IMG/VR virus record: IMGVR_UViG_3300027734_000091
Span: 1-54,616 of that record
From: a virus
Taxonomy: Duplodnaviria; Caudoviricetes
Strand: one strand, 5' to 3'
DNA: 54,616 nucleotides
Both the position numbers and the translations under genes were made by a program. Below the pieces are notes generated by a model. That model searched no databases, was not told the DNA's origin, and saw nothing but the letters and a program-made list of their open reading frames with translations. Below, in pieces: positions 1 to 11,000 of the stretch (within the stretch, counting starts at the first letter, position 1; every line of letters starts with the position of its first letter).

Positions 1-389
1 TCAAGAAGGACTTGGAAGCTGAGACTGTTTTGGTTCACAAGGTAGCTCTTGTTGTAAACAGCAGGGTCACGCTACTTTCGTATGGCCCAAAGGGTCGAGA
101 CACTACTCTTGATGGTTACAACTCCACTCTGTTTGGCAAAGATGCTACCCGTAATGCCGCTGTCATTGCCATGATGAATGGCGAGGTGCATTGCGACAAG
201 CTGGTTGCCTCTGGAAAAACATCGGACTGGGAAGAGAAGCAGGGCGTAGGTTACATCTGCCGTGGCTCTATTCCACCTGAAATGGGCGCATTTGAAGGCT
301 ATATTTCTGTTGGTTTTACCAAAGAACCGCAAGACCTTGGCGCTGTCAAAACGCGCATTAACTTAGCATCAACTGAAATGGCTAAATAA
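1..389 (+). CDS. 3' part of the membrane protein 53834..54526 (duplicated by the overlap)
   Basis: Translation identical to the C-terminus of 53834..54526. Confidence 0.85.
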   Translation, partial: KKDLEAETVLVHKVALVVNSRVTLLSYGPKGRDTTLDGYNSTLFGKDATRNAAVIAMMNGEVHCDKLVASGKTSDWEEKQGVGYICRGSIPPEMGAFEGYISVGFTKEPQDLGAVKTRINLASTEMAK

Positions 390-479
390 AATGGCACAGT
401 TTGAACCAGCTTTTGAGCAGATGATGAAAGACGAGGGCGGCTACGTCCTTCACGAAGTACCCAATGACACTGGCGGTAT
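1..479. repeat. Terminal direct repeat, left copy (circular assembly overlap)
   Basis: 1-479 matches 54138-54616; one mismatch seen (G23 vs A54160, synonymous Glu codon). Confidence 0.95.
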
Positions 480-906
480 GACCTATGCAGGTATTGCTCG
501 TAACAAGAACCCACAATGGGCTGGCTGGGCCCTTGTGGACAAGAAAGAGTTTGGCGGGTCTCTTACGCCTATGGTGCGTGAGTTCTATCGCATTGAGTTT
601 TGGGACAAGATGCGCGGCAATGAGATTGGCAACCAAGACGTAGCCAACACCATCTTCAATTTTGGCGTCAATGCTGGGCTAGGCATGGCTGTAAAACTGG
701 CTCAGTTGATCGTTGGGGCTACCCCTGACGGCGGGATTGGTGTTAAAACCATTGAAAAACTCAACCAAGTGACAGACGGTCAGCGGTTCAAGGAATCTTA
801 TGCCTTGGCAAAAATTGCTCGTTACGTTGAAATTTGCAACAAAAACCCTGTGCAGGTCAAGTTCCTCAAGGGTTGGATTAACCGCACACTGAAAGGTCTA
901 GCATGA
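391..906 (+). CDS. Endolysin, glycoside hydrolase family 108 with C-terminal PG-binding domain
   Basis: EGGY..VPNDTGGMTYAGI GH108 motif, FNFGVNAG, DGGIGVKT, C-terminal FLKGWINR. Confidence 0.9.
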   Translation: MAQFEPAFEQMMKDEGGYVLHEVPNDTGGMTYAGIARNKNPQWAGWALVDKKEFGGSLTPMVREFYRIEFWDKMRGNEIGNQDVANTIFNFGVNAGLGMAVKLAQLIVGATPDGGIGVKTIEKLNQVTDGQRFKESYALAKIARYVEICNKNPVQVKFLKGWINRTLKGLA

Positions 907-1322
907 GTTTACTAGGCGTTAGTTCTATTATTGAGGCTGTGGGCAAGGTTGCTGGTGACTTGATTACCACCGACAAAGAGCGCATGGAGATGGAGATCGA
1001 GCAACGAAAACTTGATCTTGAAGAGAAGAAGCTGGACATGGCTGGCGACATGGCGCAGATTGATGTCAATAAAGAGGAAGCCAAGAGTAGTAGCTTTTTT
1101 GTCTCTGGGTGGCGTCCGTTCATCGGTTGGGGCTGTGGCATTGCTTTCATTTACTCGGCGCTCATAGAGCCTATTTGCCGCTTTGTAGCCACCACTGTAT
1201 TCATGTACAACGGTTCATTTCCAACCATCGACACTAACCTGACCATGCAGGTGATGCTTGGGATGCTCGGTTTGGGAGCCATGAGGTCATTCGAGAAGTC
1301 TAACGGGACAGCGCGTAAGTGA
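903..1322 (+). CDS. Holin, 3-TM GTA-holin-like
   Basis: SGWRPFIGW and LGMLGLGAMRSFEK motifs; hydrophobic segments; ATGA overlap with endolysin. Confidence 0.8.
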   Translation: MSLLGVSSIIEAVGKVAGDLITTDKERMEMEIEQRKLDLEEKKLDMAGDMAQIDVNKEEAKSSSFFVSGWRPFIGWGCGIAFIYSALIEPICRFVATTVFMYNGSFPTIDTNLTMQVMLGMLGLGAMRSFEKSNGTARK

Positions 1323-1324
1323 CC

Positions 1325-1353
1325 TTGTCACAAGTTAAAAGGCAGACTAAAAT
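1325..1353 (+). promoter_or_regulatory. Sigma70-type promoter for the tail/ejection operon
   Basis: TTGTCA-17 bp-TAAAAT in the intergenic gap before 1381. Confidence 0.55.
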
Positions 1354-1380
1354 GTTCCAACAAATCCACAAGGTGAACGC

Positions 1381-2016
1381 ATGACGACCGCAAGTGTTAT
1401 GACCTATGACAGTTTGGTCGAGAATATCCAGTCCTATTTAGAGCGGACGGATACGGCGACCCTTGAAAAGATACCTCTGTTCATCATGTTGACAGAGCAA
1501 ATCATTGCCAGTCAGATCAAGTTTTTGGGTAACTTGACGGTAAACACAAGCACCATGACCGCAAGTACGTCAATTATTGACAAGCCTGCTCGTTGGCATA
1601 AAACAGTCTCAATGAATATAACCGTTTCTGGTGTGCGCCAACCAGTCCTTTTGCGTAAGTATGAGTACCTGCGCGAGTATTGGCCTAACGCAACCAGCAC
1701 GGGAACACCTGCTTTTTACAGTGATTACGACTACACGCATTGGCTTGTAGCCCCAACACCTGACTTGGCTTACACGTTTGAGGTGTTGTACTACGAGCGC
1801 ATTCAACCCTTGGATTCTTCCAATCAAACCAATTGGTTCACCATCTATGCGCCCCAAGCGTTGCTGTATGGGTCTTTGTTGCAGGCTATGCCATTCCTCA
1901 AAAATGATGAGCGAATGACTATGTGGAAGGCAAACTATGACCAAATCATGCAAACCTTAATGGCTGAGGACAAGTTGCGTATTGCTGATCGTCAAGCCGT
2001 AGTAATGGACAGTTAA
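1381..2016 (+). CDS. Putative head-tail adaptor / tail tubular protein
   Basis: MTYDSLVENIQSYLER start and TNWF...PQALLYGSL resemble podophage adaptor proteins; gene position. Confidence 0.55.
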   Translation: MTTASVMTYDSLVENIQSYLERTDTATLEKIPLFIMLTEQIIASQIKFLGNLTVNTSTMTASTSIIDKPARWHKTVSMNITVSGVRQPVLLRKYEYLREYWPNATSTGTPAFYSDYDYTHWLVAPTPDLAYTFEVLYYERIQPLDSSNQTNWFTIYAPQALLYGSLLQAMPFLKNDERMTMWKANYDQIMQTLMAEDKLRIADRQAVVMDS

Positions 2017-2025
2017 GGATAAATT

Positions 2026-3255
2026 ATGAGTTACAACAGCCCCTTTACTGGTAACGTCATCCAGCCAACGGATGTATCCTATCGCCGCATTACGCTGACG
2101 ACTGACTTGCAGTTGGAATGGCCTATCAACGGCACCTCAACCGATGATGCCGCCGCTCGTATCATGGAGGTGTCAACCGCCTCCGTCGCAAACGAATTGT
2201 GGATGCCTCCTGCTAATCAGGCGTCTGTTGGTCAAGATGCCTTGATCCGAAATGTTGGCTCTGTAACTTTATTAGTCAAAGACTACACTGGCGCAAACAC
2301 CATTGTGTCTATAGCCGCTGGACAGGCTCAGTACATTTACATCACCGCAAATCCAACCACAGCAGGTACATGGGGAATCATTGCCTATGGTATAGGTTCT
2401 TCTGGTGCGGATGCCGCTACGTTGGCTGGATACGGTCTCTTGGCTATTGGTCAAACATTGAACCAAAGCCAACCAGTTACCAATTTTGCTTCTAGCTACA
2501 CTGCTCTAACTACTGATCGTTCAAGCACTTATGTGTGGACTGGTGGTGCTGGTACATTGACTCTATCGCTGGCTTCTGCGCTTGGCGATAACTGGTTTAT
2601 GTTCTTGCGAAACAGTGGGACTGGTGCTTTGACAGTCACTGGAACCAGCGGTGACTTGATCAACGGTTCTGCATCTATTGCGCTTCAACCGACGGACTCT
2701 TGCATTATCGTTTGTAGCGGAACTCAGTTCTATACGGTTGGTTTGGGCAAGTCTACGCAGTTTGCATTCACTCAACTGTCCAAAGCCGTTTTAACTGGAA
2801 GCTACACTCTAACTGCTTCAGAGGCGTCTAACGTCATTCAAAAGTACACGGGCGCATTGACAGGAAACGTAACAATTGTGGTGCCTGCTACGGTTCAGGT
2901 GTACTACATTGTGAATGCAACAACAGGGGCATACACGGTCACAATTTCTACAGGTTCAGGTGCAACAGCGGTTTTGACTACTGGCACCCAAGCCACACTA
3001 GTTTGCGACTCTATCAATCTGTTTAACGCAAATACCATCCTTGCAGGATCGTCAACCGTTAGTTTACAAAATGGATCAGTTGGCGCACCGTCTTTAAACT
3101 TTTCATCAGAAACAACAACAGGTATTTATCGCGCCGCTTCGGGTGAATTTAATACGGCAATTCTTGGTGTTTTGAGATCAACAGTTTCTGCATCTGGGCT
3201 TGCAATTGTTGGGACTGGAACATTTAGTGGTGGTGTGCTTGGAGGCACATTTTGA
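2026..3255 (+). CDS. Tail structural/fibre-like protein
   Basis: 409 aa, T/S/G-rich beta-strand composition; C-terminal GSVGAPSLNF..TTGIY segment typical of fibres. Confidence 0.55.
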   Translation: MSYNSPFTGNVIQPTDVSYRRITLTTDLQLEWPINGTSTDDAAARIMEVSTASVANELWMPPANQASVGQDALIRNVGSVTLLVKDYTGANTIVSIAAGQAQYIYITANPTTAGTWGIIAYGIGSSGADAATLAGYGLLAIGQTLNQSQPVTNFASSYTALTTDRSSTYVWTGGAGTLTLSLASALGDNWFMFLRNSGTGALTVTGTSGDLINGSASIALQPTDSCIIVCSGTQFYTVGLGKSTQFAFTQLSKAVLTGSYTLTASEASNVIQKYTGALTGNVTIVVPATVQVYYIVNATTGAYTVTISTGSGATAVLTTGTQATLVCDSINLFNANTILAGSSTVSLQNGSVGAPSLNFSSETTTGIYRAASGEFNTAILGVLRSTVSASGLAIVGTGTFSGGVLGGTF

Positions 3256-5498
3256 CTAAAAAGGTTTTTACACTAGATACCCAGCCCGGCGTCCAGCGGG
3301 ACGGAACCGTCTTTGATGCAAACTGTTACAACGACGGTCGATGGGTTCGTTTTCAACGAGGTCGCCCTCGCAAAATAGGTGGCTACAGGGCTATTGTTCA
3401 AAATGCACATGGGTACTCTCGCGGTATTTATGTCAACTCTGTTGATGGAAACAATCAGGTTTTTAATGGTTATGACGATGGGTTGGAAGTTGTCAACATT
3501 GATAACGACGGCATTGGGTCGGGGATAAATCAGTTTACTTTTACAGGAAGAGCCTTAACGCTAAACACACTTGTTGGTGGTTCTAGTTATGTAAACGCCA
3601 CTTATACGGCTGTACCGTTAACTGGAGGTTCTGGCTCTGGTGCAAAAGCCACCATTGTTGTATCTGGTGGTGCTGTGACCTCTGTGACTCTTACAAGTTA
3701 TGGCAATAACTACGTTGTTGGCAATACATTGAGCGCATCAAACACCAATCTTGGTGGCGCGGGTTCTGGGTTCTCAATTAAAGTTGCAACAATTACTACG
3801 TTTACAGCAAACGATTTAAACCTATGGCAATTTGATTCAAGTTTTGACTCGCAAGGCTCTGGCAATCAATTGTTAATAGCACACGCTGGACAAAACCTTG
3901 CGCAAATTGATTCAACTGCTTTGTCACCAGTTCTTGCTGGTAGTATTTCTGGGCTTACATTATCCCCTCTTGTAGACTCTTCTGGAACGGCTCCAACTAA
4001 CGACATCATTGAAGTTGCTGGTGGCGTGGTTGTACTGCACCCGTACATTTTTGTGTATGGGGACAATGGGTTAATTAAAAATTGTGTAGCTGGTAATCCC
4101 TACGACTGGAACGGGCCTGACTCCAATGAGACCAACGTAGCCTCTACAAAAATTGTCAAAGGTCTTCCTGTGCGCGGTGGATCAAATGCACCGTCTGGTT
4201 TGTTTTGGTCATTAGATTCTTTGATTCGCGTATCCTATACACCAACCACAATTACTGTTGGTGCAACATCTAGCACTTTTTATTGGCGCTATGACATCAT
4301 CTCTAGCCAATCATCTATTCTTTCAAGTCAGTCTGTAATTGAGTATGACGGCATTTATTATTGGTGTGGATCAGATAGGTTTTTGCTTTACAACGGTGTG
4401 GTTAAAGAAATCAAAAACACGTTTAACCAAAATTACTTTTTTGACAATTTAAACTACGCACAGCGTCAAAAAGTTTATGCCAACAAGGTTCCTCGTTTTG
4501 GTGAGATTTGGTGGTTCTTCCCATCTGGAGACTCTGAAGAGTGCAATGATGCGGTAATTTATAACGTGCGAGAAGACATTTGGTATGACGCTGGTGAGGC
4601 ATTAGGTGCAAACAGATCGGCTGGGTATTTCTCACAAGTGTTTCATTACCCAATCAATGCTGGTACAACCAAGACCACACAAGATTTGCTTTTCTCCGCA
4701 TCTATTGCAACAACCAACAGCAGTGCTGACATTACGATTGCTCCTAATAATTTGGTTGCTGTTGGGCAGTTAGTTATATCAACTAGTCTACCTACTAACA
4801 GTTTAATAACCGCCATTGTTTCAACCTTGGCATCTCCTACGGCGGTTTCTGGCGTGTCTGGTGCAAGCACGATTGTAGTTAGCAGTGCCACTGGAATTTT
4901 GCGCAATCAAGCTGTAACTGGAACAGGAATAGGAGTTGGGGCGGTTGTCACGGTTATTGCTGGTACAACAATTACATTGTCGGTTGTCAATAGCGGAACT
5001 GTATCTGGTGCGCTTTCTTTTGCTGGGTTGACTTTAACGCTATCTTTGGCGGCTACAGCAACAACAATTGAGACTGCATCATTTAACACCGTGGCTGGAT
5101 TAGTTACGCTGTGGCACCACGAGATTGGGGTAGATGAGGTAATAGCAAGCACTTCAAATGCCATTGAAAGTTACTTTGAAACATCGGACTTGGGTTGGGT
5201 GCAGGGTGGCCCGCCTCAGACCTCTCCAGTTGGGGATAATGTTTGGCTTCGCTTAGAGCGTGTTGAGCCTGACTTTATACAGACTGGCGAAATGACTTTT
5301 AGGGTGACTGGTCGATCCTTTGCACAATCTGCGGATGTTACATCTGACCCTTATACATTTGATCCAGACACTGGAAAAATTGACATGAGAGAGCAACGAC
5401 GCGAGATTCGATTGTTTTTCAAAAGCAATGTGGAGGGCGGTAACTACCAAATGGGTAAAGTTTTACTTAGCGCCACCGTTGGTGATGTGAGACCATAA
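3252..5498 (+). CDS. Putative tail nozzle/stabilization protein (P22 gp10-like)
   Basis: 748 aa; PGVQRDGT, WVRFQRGRPRKIGG, FGEIWWFFP, YNVREDIWY; T/G-rich inserted domains; TTG start overlapping the upstream stop. Confidence 0.6.
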   Translation: MTKKVFTLDTQPGVQRDGTVFDANCYNDGRWVRFQRGRPRKIGGYRAIVQNAHGYSRGIYVNSVDGNNQVFNGYDDGLEVVNIDNDGIGSGINQFTFTGRALTLNTLVGGSSYVNATYTAVPLTGGSGSGAKATIVVSGGAVTSVTLTSYGNNYVVGNTLSASNTNLGGAGSGFSIKVATITTFTANDLNLWQFDSSFDSQGSGNQLLIAHAGQNLAQIDSTALSPVLAGSISGLTLSPLVDSSGTAPTNDIIEVAGGVVVLHPYIFVYGDNGLIKNCVAGNPYDWNGPDSNETNVASTKIVKGLPVRGGSNAPSGLFWSLDSLIRVSYTPTTITVGATSSTFYWRYDIISSQSSILSSQSVIEYDGIYYWCGSDRFLLYNGVVKEIKNTFNQNYFFDNLNYAQRQKVYANKVPRFGEIWWFFPSGDSEECNDAVIYNVREDIWYDAGEALGANRSAGYFSQVFHYPINAGTTKTTQDLLFSASIATTNSSADITIAPNNLVAVGQLVISTSLPTNSLITAIVSTLASPTAVSGVSGASTIVVSSATGILRNQAVTGTGIGVGAVVTVIAGTTITLSVVNSGTVSGALSFAGLTLTLSLAATATTIETASFNTVAGLVTLWHHEIGVDEVIASTSNAIESYFETSDLGWVQGGPPQTSPVGDNVWLRLERVEPDFIQTGEMTFRVTGRSFAQSADVTSDPYTFDPDTGKIDMREQRREIRLFFKSNVEGGNYQMGKVLLSATVGDVRP

Positions 5499-5743
5499 TG
5501 CTTGCTGTTGTCTACGACCCTCGTTACCACACCTTTGACTCGTGGGCGTCAATTATGTGTGAGGCATATGCTGGGCAACAGTTGTCAATTCCAAATGCAC
5601 AAACCGATTGGAAGCAGTGGGCAACGGGTTTAAAAGCAATTGATGTGTTTACAAATGAGGGCATACCTAGCCCTGACATCTATGATGACTGGCACGATTG
5701 GGCGGCGGCTCTAGTCGGTGCTGTTAACCAGAAGGTTAAATAA
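5498..5743 (+). CDS. Hypothetical virion-associated protein
   Basis: 81 aa, Trp-rich; TAATG coupling to the upstream gene. Confidence 0.6.
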   Translation: MLAVVYDPRYHTFDSWASIMCEAYAGQQLSIPNAQTDWKQWATGLKAIDVFTNEGIPSPDIYDDWHDWAAALVGAVNQKVK

Positions 5744-5744
5744 T

Positions 5745-8084
5745 ATGCGAAGCGGATACGACTACGAAGACGTTGAAGAAGACACTGCACCTGAAGCGGC
5801 GGCTCCTGCCGCTCCCTCTGATGAACAGATTAGAGCCTTTGTTGAAGCCAACATTGGAAACCCAGCATTGATTGCTGAAACAGCGGCGCAGTATGGTGTT
5901 TCTGTTGCTGACTTGTCTCGTGCTACTGGATACGATTCCAATGCTGTGGTCAGTTATTTTCAACAAGCTGATGTTGCTCCGCCATCTACTGGTGGTTTGA
6001 ACGCTACAAAAGTTCAAGAGCCTCCTCCGCCTCCTCCTCCAGACATTGTTGAGCCTCCACGCCCTCCAGAAATTGCTGACAACCCTCCTCCTCCAAGACC
6101 AGAGGAGCCTGTGGTTGAGCCTCCTCGTCCTCCAGAAAGACCTATTGACGAGCCTCCACGCCGTCCTGATGAGCCACCTCCTAGACCAGAACAGGAGCCA
6201 ATCTATGAGCCAAAAATTGTTGATTTAGGTGATGGCACGTTTAGAACGCCGGGCGGCACCATCATTGACAAAGATGGTTATCCAGTTACTAAAGCGCCGA
6301 CTGTTGATACAACTGCCGCCACTACAACCGCTAGTGCGACTACACCAGCCGTAACTACGCCAGCCGCAACTGCATTGCCAACTCTTACTGACTATCAAGG
6401 TAATCAGTTTGACGGTGCGCAAGTTTTAACATTAGCCCAACAGATTGCAAGCAATGCAGGCACCATGACTGGTGGCGCATTTCAAACTAAAGGCGAGAGC
6501 ATTGGGTTTGATGCAAATCAAGCAAACAATTTACTAGGTAGAAAAGCGACAGCATCCGAGCAAGTGTTGCTTGATATGGCGCGTCAGATGATTCAATCTG
6601 GCGTAACTGACTTAAGTCAATTGCAAACCAAAGACATTACAGGCAGTGCTAGTGTCAGTGTTGATCCTGACACAGGACAATACTACGCGCTTATTCCAAG
6701 TGCTGATGGTGAATCGTCTACTCGCAAGGATTTGACTCCTGATCAAGTTGCAAAAATTAGAACTGAAGAAGTTGTTGGAAGCGGTGATGAAGGATCATAT
6801 GTTCGCAAAACAATTGATGATCTAGTAACTGGAAAAGGATTGTTTGCTAATGGCAAATTGTTGTCCCAAGCGGATGCAATGAACAATCCAATTGAGTACA
6901 CCATTGGTAATACCTACACAGGTGGTGGCGGTACAAGTTATCAGTTGAAAGTTGATCCAAAGACTGGTAAGCCTGTAGTTTCTGCAAGTGGTTTTACAAC
7001 CAGCGATGCAGATTCAATTATGCCAATCATTATGATTGCGTCTAACTTTTTGTTGCCCGGCGTTGGCTCCATGCTTGCCAGCACACTTGCTGAAGCTGGC
7101 ATGAGTGAGATTGTGTCTCAAGTTGTTTCCAAGGCTGTTATTAACGGTGTAACAAGCGGAATCATGGCAGAAGCCTCTGGTGGCGATTTTGGTGATGGAT
7201 TCTTTAAGGGTGCCGTTACTGGTGCTATTTCTGCTGGCGTGGCTCCAATGATCTCCACAGCATTGCCATCAGACCTTTCACCTGCTATGTCTACTGCTTT
7301 AACTAAAGCTGGCACAGCGGCTATAACGGCTTTAGCGACGGGTAAAGATGTTGGTACTGCTGTTGGTACTCAGTTACTCAATTCTGTTGTTGGAACAGGT
7401 CTCTCTTCTGTTACTGGTGAGATGGGGCTTTCAACAGAAAATGCAAAATTGTTGAACTCTGTTTTGACTCCCGTCATAACTCAATTGGTAACAAACGGTA
7501 ATGTCAGCGATGCAACGCTAATGAATGCTGTAATGCTGGCTGGTTCTACCGTGCTTGCAAATACTGGTTCTGTTACAAATACTACGGATGTAACTACTGG
7601 CGATGACACCAGTGGTGGCGGTTTAAATTTGCTTGCACAAGATGCAAGTAACATAGTAGGAACTGGTTTGGGTGCGGTATCTACAGCAACTGGTCTGTTA
7701 AATAAAGCAACGTCTTTAACTAAGCCTGTTACCAAAGTCAACACAACAAGAGCCAATTTGACTGGTGCTTTAAAAACAAATAAACCGACAACAATAAAAA
7801 CGGCGGCTGTAAAACCTGCGGCATTAAATACACTTAATGCGGCTAAAACAACAACTTCAGCAGTAAAGCCTGCCGCTCTTGGTGCATTGAATACAGCCAA
7901 GAAAACTATGACCGCACAGCAAATGTCTCAAACAAAAGCAAGCAAACCAGCGGCACAGGTCAATGTGGCAAACTTAATACCAGTCAAAAAATCTGCGCCA
8001 CCACAAAAAGTGGATGTTAAAACCTTAATACCTGTTAAAAGCACACAGTTGCCAGCAGGCTTGAATACGAAGAAAATGGGGTAA
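5745..8084 (+). CDS. Putative internal virion/ejection protein with Pro-rich and hydrophobic helical regions
   Basis: ATG at 5745 directly after the upstream stop; EPPRPP repeats; G/A-rich hydrophobic helices; basic tail. Confidence 0.6.
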   Translation: MRSGYDYEDVEEDTAPEAAAPAAPSDEQIRAFVEANIGNPALIAETAAQYGVSVADLSRATGYDSNAVVSYFQQADVAPPSTGGLNATKVQEPPPPPPPDIVEPPRPPEIADNPPPPRPEEPVVEPPRPPERPIDEPPRRPDEPPPRPEQEPIYEPKIVDLGDGTFRTPGGTIIDKDGYPVTKAPTVDTTAATTTASATTPAVTTPAATALPTLTDYQGNQFDGAQVLTLAQQIASNAGTMTGGAFQTKGESIGFDANQANNLLGRKATASEQVLLDMARQMIQSGVTDLSQLQTKDITGSASVSVDPDTGQYYALIPSADGESSTRKDLTPDQVAKIRTEEVVGSGDEGSYVRKTIDDLVTGKGLFANGKLLSQADAMNNPIEYTIGNTYTGGGGTSYQLKVDPKTGKPVVSASGFTTSDADSIMPIIMIASNFLLPGVGSMLASTLAEAGMSEIVSQVVSKAVINGVTSGIMAEASGGDFGDGFFKGAVTGAISAGVAPMISTALPSDLSPAMSTALTKAGTAAITALATGKDVGTAVGTQLLNSVVGTGLSSVTGEMGLSTENAKLLNSVLTPVITQLVTNGNVSDATLMNAVMLAGSTVLANTGSVTNTTDVTTGDDTSGGGLNLLAQDASNIVGTGLGAVSTATGLLNKATSLTKPVTKVNTTRANLTGALKTNKPTTIKTAAVKPAALNTLNAAKTTTSAVKPAALGALNTAKKTMTAQQMSQTKASKPAAQVNVANLIPVKKSAPPQKVDVKTLIPVKSTQLPAGLNTKKMG

Positions 8085-8087
8085 ATT

Positions 8088-11000
8088 ATGGCAAGAACAG
8101 TACGCAACCCTTTGGAATTAAGAACGCCTGTCCGAACAATCAGTTCGGTGATGCGTAACGCCCCCAACAAAAGATTCAGACCTACTGAGTTAGATTTTGG
8201 TGATGACTTTGGTCGCTCGGATCGAGGTGATAGAGGTGATCAAGGCGGTCGCGGTGGCATGGGTTTTCAAGGTGATCGTCGTAGTGATCGAGGTGATTTT
8301 AGCGGTCAAGACAATTTTGGCAACTTAACTTCTGTTACTCGTGCTCCCCGTGAAACAATTTCTGGTGGCGCACCTGTATCTGGAGGCGTAACAAGTCCAG
8401 CTTTTCGTGGAACAACTTCAGGCGGTGCTCCTGTATCTCGAGGCGCAACAAATCAAGTTTCTCGTGGAGCAACTACTGCTGGCGGCGTACCAGCATCGCG
8501 TGTGCAAACAGGTACAAGCAGAGCACCACAAGCGCAAACTAATTCCATTACTTCAACAATTAAACCACCTGCCACTCAAGCTGGTGCTAAAACATCTACA
8601 GCAAAGACTACTGCTGGGACAAGCAAAACAACAAATGCTCTTAAACCAGCGGCAACCAAAACAACTGTGGCGGGTAGAACCCCTGTTGCGGCTAAAACAA
8701 CTGCTACTAAAACTCCAATTGCCGCTAAAACTACATCAACAAAGGCTCCTGTTGCGGCTAAGACTACAACTACAAAACCAGTAACAACAATAGCAAAACC
8801 TGCTGTTACTACAACTAAGCCAACAACAACAACAACTAAGCCAACAAGCAGTTTGACTAGCGCACTAAAAACTGCGGCTATTGGTGCTGGTACAGCCGCG
8901 CTAGTTAACAAGTTAATTGGTAGCAAAACTGGCACTGGAACTGGAACTGGCACTGGAACTGGAACTGTAAGACCAACTGGGACACCTCCTTTTGTTCCAC
9001 CAAAAACAACTCCAAGTGTATTAACCAAACCAACTGGCGTTACAACAAGACCAACTGGAATTCCAAATAACGTAGTAACAAAACCAACGACAACAACAAG
9101 ACCACCAAACATTCCAACAATGGGTGGAGGCACGGGAGTGAAGCCCGGAGGTGGTACAGGCGTCAAACCCCCAACAAGCGTTGTCAAACCTCCTGTTGTT
9201 CCTAAAGGTTCTACGGCAACAGCAGGTGCAACTGGTGCGTTGACTGACGAAGAAATTCAAGCTGAATTAGATCGCGTTAATGCAGAAAAAGAGGAAAATG
9301 TTGTTCCAGAAGGCGCTGTAACAAATGAGGACGGTTCTTACTCAGTTACTGAAGACGGAATGGTCACAACTTATGACAAGGATGGAAACATCATTGGCAT
9401 GGAGGCAGTTGAAGATGATACGTCTGGTGATAATATTGGCGGTGGTGCAACCGATCTTGATACATCATCTGCGGATGACGATGCACAAACCACGGATACG
9501 ACTTTAACAACTGGTGCAGATACCACCACCATGACAGACCTTGGTGAAGGTTACTTTGCTGATGCCGATGGAAACATCTATGGCTCTGATGGTAATTTAA
9601 TGTATACCGTTGGTGCGGACGGTGAATATGTTGATGCCAATGCGTCAACTGAAGACACCAGTACATCTACTATTGATGAAACAACTTATACAGACCCAGA
9701 AACAGGTTTAACTTGGAATCTCGGTGCAGATGGAGAATGGTCTCAAGAAGGATTTGATTCTTCTGCGGATGAAGATGTAACAACTTACACAGACCCAGAA
9801 ACTGGTATTACATGGAACCTTGGTGCTGATGGTGAGTGGGATCAAGAAGGTTTTGATGACACTTCTTATGAAGATACCTTGTTAGATGATACCTTGCTAG
9901 ACGACACTTCATATGATGATACTTCGTATGACGATTACGTTGACGACGGTACAGATTATGAGGAAGCTAAGGGCGGTTCAATCGTCAAAAAATACAAACG
10001 TAATGCCCGTCGTTTTGAAGACGGTGGTTTCAATACGCTTGGCTATGGCGACGATGAAGGTTATTCTGACACTGGCGAAGAAGTTCAAGACTTTCAGAAC
10101 GTCGGTTACAACTACGGTGAGTTTGACGACCCAACATTGACTGGATACACGTCAACTGGCAATCGCAACCCAGTAGGTAACACTTACTTGCGTTCAGCAT
10201 TGGCGGCAGATGATGGTGAAGATATTGTTTATCCTCCTAACCCAAGCCCCTTCTCTATGCCAGAGGGTTGGCCTGATGGCTATGTAGACAATGGTGACGG
10301 CACAGCAACCTATGTTGATGATGACGGTAGCACAATAACAATTGATGCCGATAACAACATTGTTTTTACTACTGATTCGGATGGTAATGTATTCAATTCT
10401 GAAAGAGGTGAATCAGTTTCTGGAACCTACCCTAATGAACGGGGTGAATCTGTTTCTGGAGATTATCCATTACAGGGTATTACTTCTTCTGGTTCTGGAA
10501 ACAAACCAAGTTTCTTAGCGCAACAAGAGCGTGACGAGTCTGTATCTGGGCGGTATGACAAACCAGACCAAACTGGAATTTTGGACTCATTATTAAACGC
10601 CGTGCGCGATAACCCCGGTCTGGCTGGCGGAGCCGTCGGTGCTTTGATTGCATCTTTGATGGATCAAGCAGGAGGCAGTGAGTCTGCCAATCCAAGCCAA
10701 CCCGTTGACATCTCTGAGTTAACTTCATTTGGCCCTCGCACTACTGATTTTGGTGCAGGCATGGTTGGCGGTCGTACAGGTACTGGTAGCCCAATAGTTT
10801 CTTATTCTGATTACTCAGAAGGCGGCGGAGATGAAATCATTGATGATCGCCTGTATTCTGACCTTGGAATATCTGGGTATTTAAGAGAACCCGACATGAA
10901 CAACTACAGGGATGAAGAGGGCAACCTCACAGACCAGTCTGGAAACCTTGTTGATGAATACGGCTACTTGTTAGACGATGGTTCTGGTGACTATGAGGAA

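Noticed and set aside
8576-9187. Long antisense ORFs (also 40844..41440, 29116..29607, 51991..52293)
   Set aside because: Shadows of low-complexity or codon-biased + strand genes with no independent support.
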